Shown here: positions 53,060 through 64,000 of the stretch, one piece after another
Position numbering within the stretch: the stretch's first letter is position 1
How the letters are laid out: each line of letters starts with the position of its first letter
DNA from: the human T2T-CHM13v2.0 reference genome, Homo sapiens
Assembly (NCBI RefSeq): GCF_009914755.1
Contig: NC_060938.1
Length of the DNA stretch: 64,000 nt
Strand: one strand, 5' to 3'
The notes under the pieces: model-generated
Told to the model about the DNA's origin: nothing
Seen by the model: only the letters and a program-made list of their open reading frames with translations
The model's database searches: none
Position numbers and translations under genes: made by a program

Positions 53060-53570
53060 TGTGCTGTAGGTTAGAAGCCTGGGAGGGCTCCACTGGGTTC
53101 TTTTCTTTGGGTCCCATTAGGCTGAAGTCAAGGTCGGGCCTCTTATCTGGAGGCCCTGGGGAAGAATCTACATTCAAACTTACTCAGGTGGTTGGCAGTG
53201 TTCAGTTCCTTGCAGCCGCAGGCCTGAGATCCCTGTTTCCTTTCTGACTGCTGGTCGGGCCTGTTCTTAGCTCCTAGTGGCTTCTCTGGTCTTTGCCCTA
53301 TGACCCCTGCCATCTCAGCAATGAGAACCTCTGTTCTCTATTCCCATTGAATCCCTCTCACCCATTCAATCTCTTACTTCCTCTTCTACCAGCCACAGAG
53401 AAAATGCTCTGCTTTAAAGGGCTTGTGTAATCAGTTAGACCCGTGGGTAATCTTCCTAGTTCAAGGTCAATTGATTGGTAAACAACATCTGCAAAATCCC
53501 CATTGTCATGAAAGGTGACATGATCATAGATGTGACTGCTCACCACATTCACAGCCCCAGGGACTAAGGG
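53060..53570 (-). mobile_element. MLT1-family LTR
   Basis: MLT1D/E-like segment (ggctgaagtcaagg...gttcagttccttgcag); approximate. Confidence 0.6.
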
Positions 53571-55271
53571 GAATCCTGGGGGCTTCTTAGATCTGTTTCT
53601 TTCCTAGACCATCTCGAGTCTGTTTCCTTCTCGGCTTTCAGAGTACCACTCTCCTGGTCTTCCTCCTTCTTCACTTCACCTCCTACTTGACCTCGTTAGC
53701 CGTGTTCTCCTACCACCATTAAGAACATCAGGAATCCATAAAAAATGATAAGAAAGAGGGCTGGTCCAGGCCACCCAGGGATCTGGCAGAAGCCACCCCA
53801 GCCTGGAGTGGACTGAGCCACTCTCAGTTCCTGCTCCAGGCCAGCCTATTTTCCAGGAGCTGGGGACATCTCCTTCCAAGCCCAGTAGATGGAATGACTG
53901 CCCAAGGTCAGGTAGTCCCATGGGAGATTTTGGGAAGCTCCGATTCACCCTCTAGTGGACTGTGAGGGGGCAGCTCTGACAGATTGGGGTGCACATTGGG
54001 GTGGGTGAGCCAGAATTGGCCCTTTCTCCAGCTTGGCTGGAGAGCATTCAGGAGAGGCCTGGCCTTTGGGGCAGAAAAAGGCCACAGATGCTAGATCTGG
54101 GAGTGGTCCTGCACCAGGCATGATAATAGTGACAATAGTGATGTCTTTTGAGCACTTTCTTTGGGCTAGATGCTGAATGCTTTACGTATACCAGCTAATT
54201 TCATCTCCACAGCAACCCCAGGAGGTAGGTAATATTGCTAATCTCATTTCATGGAGGAAGAAACTGAGGCTAGGTGAGGGTGAGGGACTTGCCCAAGGCC
54301 AGGCAGCTCATGACTGATGAGAGCTGCCAAGGGGTGCCTGACCTGCCATTAGTGTTCTTTTCATGCTGAAGCACGACTCTATCAACCTTCATGCCAACAT
54401 TAAGAAAGTGGTTTTAATAGGAAGAGACTTTCTGTGTGGGAAGTTGTTAAACTAGGACTGAGGCAGGGGACACCGGAAGAAACTTATTTGGATTCAATAC
54501 AAGAAAGGGCAGATGTTCTAGTGGTCACAGTGACCCAGAGGTGGATGAGGAGGCTACCGTGGGAGGGGATGAGCTGCCCATCACTGAATATATGAAGTGA
54601 AGAGGCCATTCTCATTTACTGAGATCCTAGTATGACAGACACTGTGCTGAGTGCCTTACCTATGTCATCATTAGGCCCTCACAGCTCCATCACATAGGCA
54701 ATGTTGTTGTCCCCCACTTACAGACGAGGACACAGAGGCTCAAAGAGATTGAGTGATTCATGATGGCTACACAGGTGGTTGGTGCGAGAATCGTGACTCA
54801 AACCCAAAGCCGTGCATCTCCGAAGCTCTGTCTGTATGCATACATCTATCGAGCGCCTGCTGTGGGTCCAGTACTATTCTTCTAGACACGGAGACTCCAG
54901 CAGGGACAATTCGGTCCCAGTCCTTGACCTCATGCAGATCACATTCCAGTGGGGAGGGAGAAAATCCACAGGAAGGAGTGCTAAAATAGAGCCACACAGG
55001 GGTGAGGTCATCAAGGGTAAGCTGCGGTTGCGGTACCTGAGATGGTCAGGGAAGGCCACTCTGAGGAGGAGCTGGGATCTGGAAGACCAGAGGGAAAGAG
55101 TGCTATGAAGAGCTTGGAGACTTGTGCTCCAGGCCGAGGGAACCACAGGTGCAAAGGCCCTGCGGCCAGGAAGGAGAACAGAAAAGCCACTGTGAGAGGA
55201 ATAGGCAAGGAGGAGCCAGGGCATCTGGAGCCTCATCAGCCAGAATGTGAACTTCATCTGTCATGTTTTAA

Positions 55272-55425
55272 AGTGGTGGTGTGCTGTAGCCAGCTCAGAC
55301 CAGCTCATAAGAGCCAGTGTTAAGTCTTCAGGCATTTTGCAAACAGGTTGTTAAATTGTGAGTAGCTTGAAATCAGCCATGGCGGGCGGATTGACACCAC
55401 AGAAACTGATGAATGCCATACATCT
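55272..55425 (+). mobile_element. MER63-like DNA transposon remnant
   Basis: gtggtgtgctg...ccagctc...gagccag..gttaa. Confidence 0.5.
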
Positions 55426-57477
55426 TGGCTTTTCTCCCATTCACTGTTGACCTGAACATCACTGGTTTTGGCAGGGAAATGCGGAGATCTGGTTTTCGCT
55501 TTAAGACGAGCTCTCTCTGGCTGCCAGGTGGAGAGTGGCCCGCAGGGGACAGGAGCAGAAGGAACAGCAGGGAAGGCCAGTGCTTGCTCCAGGTGGGACC
55601 AACATGGGCCAGCGAAGAGAAGTGAAGAGATTCCAGAGACTTTGGAGGCAGAGCTCACAGCCTTGCCGGGCCAACCCCCACCAAGAGATTCATAGCAGGA
55701 GGTGACAAGGTGGCATGGAGGGGCATGACTTGAACCCAGGCCTGCAGGGTCCCTAAATTCATTCTGTGCCCCACACCTCAGTGATTCTTCCTAGGAAGGT
55801 GATGGTTCTGGGACAGAAGAAAACAGTTGATGATGCCCTGGCTGCCCCTCAGCCCTGGTTCCCTCTGGTCAGAGCAGCCCCTTCCCACACTGCCTCTTGG
55901 GAGGGCATCTCCTCTGAGCTATTCCAGGGAGGTGAGGGGTGGCAGGATGTCAGTGTCATAGACACCGGAAGGCCCAGAACTCCACTGTGGCCCCTCGGAC
56001 CATGACCAGAGCCTCCATCCTCCACCACGGGAAGGCCCTGTCTTGGGAGAACTGAGCTGGAGACAGCCTTACAGTGTCCTAGGACCTGCTTGGGTGATTC
56101 CCCAGCTCTGGGACCTGGAGCTTTTCCTGGTGCAGAGCAAGGATGAGGGTAGGGGCACAGGGAAGTGGGTGCTGGGCCAGGCTGAGGGCCTCAGAGGAGG
56201 TGGGGCCCCAGCACAGCTTCCTGGGCCCAGGATGCCCTGGGTTTTCCTCTTGTGCTAGAAATGGAAGGAGGGGATAGAGGTAGACTGCTGAGATTCTGTC
56301 TCAACGGGGGAGGAGCTACGTCGTGCCAGGTCTTAGTAAAATTCTGGCCGAATCAATAGGCCAAGTTTGTCTCCCTTGCACCCTCTCACCTCTTCCCACC
56401 AGAGCCACCTTTGCCAGCCAACCCCAGCAACCTCTGCTGAAGCTCCTGTGCTCTTGCATTAGGGGATCAGCCCATTGTGATCCTCTGGAGGGGGAGAGAA
56501 GAGGTGGGCAGGAAACAAAACTAACGCCCATCGAATACCTACGACGGGTCAGCTCTGGGCTGCTTGCTTTCCTAAAGGGTCAGAACAGATACTCTCTTAA
56601 AGAGTTGTACCAGTTTAAAAGTTTCCGCTTTTCCCTGCCCCTAAGACATAAAATGTTCGTTCATATCTTTCTAGACTTTCTCCTATGCACACATGGGTTA
56701 ACTCTACAAAAACGAGAAGATGCTAAGTGTTGTACGTGGACTATCTCGTTTAATCCCTGGGTGCTATTACCCACACTTTGCCTTTCAGGAAACTGAAACT
56801 CAGAGAGGTCAGTACTTTTCCTGAGGCCACACAGCTGGTAGCCCTGCCTCAACCCGCAGCCCCACTCTGCATCCTGAGCGTCAATGGCTGAGGAAGGGCC
56901 GGCCTTGGCCCTGTTTAGGGGCATTTGGGGCTGTAGAGCAGATGGGGTGAATTCTGCAGAAGGCCTGATCAGGCCCTTCCTTCTGCTGTGCCTGGTGACC
57001 CAAGCCTGGGGGCAGATTCCAGCCCCAGGAGTCCTTGTTAAGGTTTTTGAAAAGGGGTCCTATTGCCATTTAATTGCAGCTCTGTCCTTGTAGCAGGTTC
57101 CCAGCTCCCAAGATTCCCAGCTGCCTGTAACAGACAGACTTGCCTTGGATTTCTCTTGTCCAAGGCCCAGGGGGTAGAGGCTAGTCTGGGAGGTGAGAGA
57201 CCTGCGCCCCTCACCGCTGTGGAACCTTGGCAGCTCCTGTCTCTCTGCCTTGATCATTTCTTTTCTTCTTAAGTTCCTTTCACCCTCCATGTAAGTGCTT
57301 GAGTCTTCCCCTAATTAGGGAAGGGTGGGGTCTGCTGGTTGAGTGAGGCTGGGGAAGGGGGAGGAAGAAGAGGAAGAGCCAGGGCGGTGAAGAGGGGTCT
57401 GAGGCAGGCCTGTGGGTTTTAAGGAGCAGGATGGAGAATAACTACATCTGGAATCCCTGGACCTGGGTCCACATCCC

Positions 57478-57636
57478 AGCGTGGGTCGTATGCAGTTATG
57501 CAGGATCTGTACTCGCAAGAGTCCACATTTGGCTTTATCTTCTGCTATTGCATCTTGAAGTTCTTAATAATTTTTGTGCAAGGAGCCCAGCATTTTCATT
57601 TTGTACTGAGCCCCACAAACTGTGTAGCCAGCCCTG
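57478..57636. mobile_element. MER91-like element
   Basis: cattttcattttg.actg.gccccacaaa.t.tgtagcc.gccctg end. Confidence 0.55.
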
Positions 57637-58508
57637 TTACCTTGTATTAACTGTGTACCCTTGGGCAAGTTACTTCGCCTCATAGACTCAGTTTTCTCAT
57701 CTGCAAAATGGAGCAGTGCTACCACCACCCTAGAGGACCGTTCTGAGAATGAAACGAGAGACTCCCAGTAAAGAGTCAGGCAGTGGCAAATCCGTGATAG
57801 GACTCAATCCCTGGTGCTTGTGACAGTCACTCTTTAGGGGCCTGGGTGGGAGAAACGGCTCCCAAGGAGCTGCAGCCTCTCCCAGCCTTGTCTGTGTGTT
57901 CTCTCAGTGCCTATGGGACACTTCAGGCCAAAAATGAAATTGTCACTGGAAAACAAATAGTGCCACCATCCCCACTCCAAACCTACCTGCCCACCCCCAC
58001 CTATGGGGTCAAGTGGTTTACAGCCTTGAACTTCTAGGAAGAAAAGTCCTGGAATTTTTGAGCGTGGGAAGGGACGAGGGTCTGGCGAGCCTTCTCCAGC
58101 ATCTGCTTCCGGCCAGAGGAGGGTCAGTGGTCTGACTGTCCCCAGTGAAGGTCCCATAACCAGAGGTGCTAATGGAGTCTTCCCCAAGAACAGCCTCCCG
58201 CTGTGGGACCCCCTATCCATCACTTTCAAGGTCCTAACCACTCAACCTCCCAGATGGTTCTGGATCTTGACTTTCTGGATTAATATCAAAACTATTTTGG
58301 GCAAGTTACTTAGCCTCTCTGGGCCTCAGCTTTGCCCTCTGTGAAATAACAGCTTTGACGTCGGTGTGTCATGAAGATGAATGAACCCCTGCATGGAAGT
58401 GCTTAGACCTGAGCCACACAGACATGAGTCACTCCCGCTGCCACGCTGCCAGCCTCACCGCCACTCTGAGCCAGACAGCATGCTCAGAAATGCTCTGACC
58501 ATTTCTGA

Positions 58509-61203
58509 GTGGGCAGAGATGATGATGAAGCTGCCTCCTCCCTAAGCAGGCTGCTTTCTGAACCAGCTTCGGCTCTCACCCTGTGACTCCTTCCAGAACT
58601 TGTTGGAAGCCAGCACTTACTGAAAGTTCCCAGGCATCACGGTGGCCAGGAACTGAAGACTTGGGGGTGATGGGGTTGTACCAGTTATAGGGCTGCGAGG
58701 GAAACAAGGCCCCTACAGAATGGTACCCTGGACCTATCCGGAGCTGGGGATGCAGCCCAGTTGTCCCTGAGCCTCCTCAGCCTGTTGTCCCTGAGCCTCC
58801 ATGGAGGAGCACCTGTGGGTTCTGTTGCTCAGCTGTCCCGATTCCTTGGGAACAGCGCCAGGGTTTGCACTGGGAAACTTCCGGGCCCCAATGCGGGCTC
58901 TTAGGATATGACTGTCAGTCAAGCCAAGGGGTGGGCACATGGCCCAGGCTCAGCCAATTGGGCACCCTCTCTTGATTCTTGAGAATGGAGAGGATGATGA
59001 AAAGGGGTTGGGAAGGATTCATTCTGGGGGCGCCTCCCTGAGTTCCTGCCGCATGGATCTCCAGGGCTGCCCTGAGCCCCTGTCCTCTCTGGATTTTCAG
59101 CTTTTCTTCTGATTCTGCACCTCCCTACAGCCTCCCATGCATCTCTCCTTGCCCAGAGTAGCCCGGACAGTCTCTGCTGCTGGCTGATACCCTTTGACTC
59201 CTGCCAACAGCTTCACCAGCCACGGTCCAAACCACTCCCACCCTGATCGCCCCCTTCTGCTTTGAAGGCGCTGCCTACGGTTTGCGCAGGATGTGCAAGC
59301 TGTTCCGTGCCTCCGAACCTTTGTCCCTGCCATTCCTTCTGCCAGAATGCCCTTCCCACCTTCTCCTTTCATTCTTATCCTCGTGAAACACCTCGGACAC
59401 TGCTGACTCTGGGGGACTCCCCCACCCCTCCTTGAACTGGGCTGACTCCTTCTCTGGGCAACCCCAGCCCCTGAGCTCCTCTCCCTCTGCATCCACGTCC
59501 CCCACACCTGCATCCACCTCCCTCCTGAGTCTGAACCCAAGGCCAGAGCAAGGACCCTTCACCTTCATTCTCAGTCGGTGCTCAGCACATAAGCGAGGGG
59601 CTCTAGGACCATGGAGAGGCAGCCCTGGGCACCTGTCAGGGACTCCTGGGCTGGCTGGGGCTGATCTCACTGCCTGCTGGTAAGGGGTTGTGAGGGGGAT
59701 GAGTCCAAACCCCTGCCCCTGCCCCTGAGCCCAGCCCCGACCCTGGCCCCAGCCCGAGCCTTTGATCCAGATCTTGCTCCAGCCGTGCCCCAACTCCAGC
59801 CACAGACCTGAACCCCCAGCCCTTGCTCTGCCCCTGCAGAGACCCCCGCCCTCCCTCATTCCTGGCCCCCACTCTGGCTCAGGCCCTGCCCTGGCTCCTG
59901 CCTCCTTCACCCTCTCTGGGGACCTTCCCCACCCACAACGTTCCTCCCAGTGGAGCCCACACTGAGCTGTGGCTTCCCAGGAGCCATCTGAGGTTGCCCA
60001 GCTCTGAGCCAATGGAAGCCTTTGAGGGGGAAGGCCAGGCCAGCCGGCAGGGTGGTGCGTGTGGTGGGGGTGGGGTGTCAGGGTGGGCAAGAGGCCCAGC
60101 CCTCCCCACCCCACCTTCCCCGGTGGCACAGGTCCAGTGGCTCCAACAGGAGGTTCACCGCCAAGCTGTAGGCAGGGGCAGTTCCCAGACATGGGTCCTT
60201 CAGCTTGCTCCCACCCCCTGCACGGAACCAGGCCTGGTCCTGAGCCATGGGTGGGGCTGAGCCTTGGGGGGGCTGATGGAGAAATGCCTGAGCTGCAGCC
60301 ACCAAAATCAGGTGGGATGGGGTCAAGGGAGAGTCCCGGGACAGGTCAATTGGAACTGGGCAGCACATAAAGCAGACCAGCCTTGACAGAAAGGACAAAA
60401 ATAGCCCAAGTCTCACATGGGGTTGCCAGTGCCCTTTCTCCCCATCTTCTTGGGAACGGGACTGGGAGTTGGGGGTGGGAGGTTTTAGGACCATGGAGAA
60501 TCTGGCCCTCCACCCACAGGTGGATCCTGCAATGGACACATCATAAGGACAGAAGCCAGCATTGTGATGTCACAGCCTGGCTGTGGCTTTGTGCTCCTGG
60601 AGCTGTAGGTGAGTCAGCTAGGCCCCTTCCTCCTCCAGTGCCTGTCTACCTATGTTTGATGCTTGGGGCTAGAAAGACTGACCTTGTAGCCCCTCACCTT
60701 CTCTCCCCAATGCACTGGGCTGGTTCAGCAGCTGACCAATGAGGGTCATGCTTGCATACTGGCCTTGGGTGAGTGGCTCAGGAACAGTTTGCAAGACCGT
60801 GTTGAAGCTACTTGTAACTAGACCATTTTCCCAGCTTGACCATGAGCTTCTTCAAGGCATCTCTTCTCAGTCTCCACTGTAGCTCTGTAAGACCTGTATG
60901 AGCTCAGAGCATGTAATGTTGGTTAAGTGAATAAATGCATGGATGGGGGGTGGGTGGGCAGAGATGATGATGAAGCTGCCTCCTCCTTAAGCAGGCTGTT
61001 TTCTGAACCAACTCTGGCTCTGACCCTATGACTTCTTCCATCATTTATTTGAAGCCAGCACTTGTTGAAAGTTCCCAGGCATCTTGGTGGCCAGGAACTG
61101 AAGACTTGGGGGTGATGGGGCTGTACCAGTTATAGGGCCGCAAGTGAAACAAGGCCCCTGCAGAATGGCACCCTCAACCTCTCCAGAGCTGGGGATGCAG
61201 CCC
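58509..61203. repeat. Direct repeat pair, 58509-58758 and 60954-61203, 250 bp, ~89% identity
   Basis: Manual ungapped alignment, ~27 mismatches. Confidence 0.93.
60575..60608 (+). other. CCDC197: Probable short non-coding first exon of CCDC197 (start approximate)
   Basis: Strong donor TAG|gtgagt at 60608; CRE-like TGATGTCA at 60565-60572. Confidence 0.5.
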
Positions 61204-61401
61204 GAAGACCTTGGACTTGGGATTTAATGAGCCCTGGGTCCTCATCCAGTCCTGCCAGATGACCTTAAGCTGCTCACAGCCCCTTTCTGAACCTCTGTCT
61301 CCTTTTCTGTGAGGTGGGGATGCTAACCCTGGCTTCCAAGGATCTGAAGAGGAAGCTGCGGCTGTGACTGTCCCTTTTCGGTCTGTCTTCATCCTGCCTG
61401 A

Positions 61402-61605
<204 letters not shown>

Positions 61606-62553
61606 TAAGTGGCTGGACTTAGCAAACATGTCCCCGAGGAGGCCAGGACAGGGGGTGGATGAGGAGGGCAGTGTGGCTTGGAAGCAAATGGGCGGGGTGG
61701 GGCTGAGCAACAGCTGTGACGGGAGAGAGAAGAGGTGTGGCTATTGCCCTTTGGCCTGAGATCTTGGGCCAGTCCCGGGCCCTCTGCAGGCTGAGCCTCT
61801 ACATCAGGAAGGAGGACTGTGGGTGACCATCCGTCTGCACCTGTCCACTCGGCCCCTCTAAGGCCAGTCTACGAGGTTGCCGCCTTGACTCTTAGTGGTG
61901 ACCCTGGGTCCTCACCCCATGGGGATGGGAGGTTGGGGAGATAAGACATTTCAGGCTACCCACAAAAGCCTGAATTCGATGCAAAAGGATGTGTCTATGC
62001 AAAGTTTTATGAAGAAAAGAGCTGACCCAACAGATTCAGAGGCCTTCCTGATCCCAATACGGTTTAGCACTGTCACGGCTCACAGGGCCCCACGTGGTAT
62101 CTGTGGGAAGGATGATGTTGTCCTGCACTTTTCAGAATCATACGGATGAGAGAGGGAGGGCCCAGAGAAGCAGAGGGGCTTGCCCTGGGCCACTCAGAAA
62201 CCCCCAGCACAGCCCCTGTTGGACAGTCAGAGTGGCTTGGGAGCTTGGCCAGCTGGCCAGGCCAAGCCCCACTCTGGTCTCTGCCCTTGACTGCTGACCT
62301 TGGCTGGGTCCAGAGCAGGTGACCTGTTGGTGACTTGCTTAGGGATTCCCCAAAGAGTCAAGTATGGTCAGGCAATAGCACGTGGCCGCCTCCCCTCTGG
62401 GGGCTGGTGGGGCCCCCACCTCTGATGGAGTGCCCCCAAGGCACTGGGAGCCCCACGCATGACCCTGGCCAGCAGCTCACATCATCCCTGCTGTAGATGG
62501 GCAACCCGGGCACAGAGAGGTGAAGCAGCTGGCCCCACGTCACCAGCTAATAG

Positions 62554-63183
<630 letters not shown>

Positions 63184-64000
63184 TAACAGTGTGGCCTCTG
63201 GCAAGTTCTCAAGGCCTTGATTTTCTTATCTGTACAATGGGAACAGCAATAATTATGTGGACTAGATGAAGTCATCCTTTATAAGCACAGCACAGGGCCC
63301 CACATTTAGCTAGTACCTGGTAAACGTTGGCCATTATTATTATTATTTTGTTTGTCTTTGGTTTTGTGTTTTTGTGTTGCTATTATTAACTAAGAGTATA
63401 AGGACATCTGAGATGAGGTTTTCTGTGTTGTTTTATGAGTACTGGAAACTCATTGGAAAAGGGAAGGGGAGTCACACATATTTATTGTTATCATTATTAT
63501 TTCAACACCATCAATAATAATTATTACCATTTATTAAATATGTACCCTGTGCTAAGCTCTTTAGCAAATCTTTTTTACCCCTCCTATGAGCTTTGCACTA
63601 CTGTGTCACTCAGGCTCAGAGAGGGTAACGAACTTGCCCAGGGTCACCCAGTCAGGAAGTGGTGGCACTGGGCTCAGACTCTGGTCCGTCTGACTTCATA
63701 GCCACTGTACTAAGTGCTAGAATGAGAGGAGCTATGGAAACTCCAAAAACTCTGCCTTGGAGATCAGGGAAGGCTTCCTGGAGGAGGCGACCTCTCATGG
63801 GGCTCAAATGGGTGCAGCAAAGGAGAATGACCCTCAGGCAGAGGGAGGGACACAAATGTAGGCAGGAGCCATAGGGCTGCGAGGTGGGTTTAGGGGTGGT
63901 GAGCTCCGGGCTGCTGGGCGATGTGGCTGGGAGGCTGGGGATATATACTGAGTACTGAGCCAAGGAGGAGTCAGGGCTGCAGGTCAAGCATGGGGCTTGC

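Noticed and set aside
59275-60192. 305-aa Gly-rich minus-strand ORF (likewise 273 aa at 50174-50995)
   Set aside because: GC-rich low-complexity composition, no domain or splice support

Overview
Human genomic DNA, recognised from its encoded proteins as the ASB2–CCDC197 locus (14q32). The minus strand carries ASB2, an ankyrin-repeat/SOCS-box substrate receptor of a Cullin5 E3 ligase. Eight coding exons were reconstructed with GT-AG boundaries and consistent phases. Both N-termini are present: muscle ASB2beta (UIM-containing, ATG 27863) and haematopoietic ASB2alpha (ATG 20241). A probable non-coding beta exon 1 and CArG-box promoter lie near 39.7-40.1 kb; the final SOCS-box exon is off the left edge. 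MIR4506 lies in an ASB2 intron inside a MIR SINE. On the plus strand, the first coding exons of CCDC197 begin at 61447. The rest is intronic/intergenic, with Alus (one young AluYa5), an L1 fragment, MaLR LTRs, MER DNA transposons, MIR/L2 and simple repeats. Three observations stand out. (1) A ~185-bp inverted repeat pair brackets the ASB2beta promoter/first exon and a 186-codon antisense ORF. (2) Several other short local paired duplications occur, one bracketing the CCDC197 first exon. (3) An intact THE1 solo LTR, co-oriented upstream of ASB2, has a DUX4 motif, TATA box and splice donor and could act as an alternative ASB2beta promoter. No CRISPR or prokaryote-type system is present. Repeat subfamily calls and percent identities are by eye.
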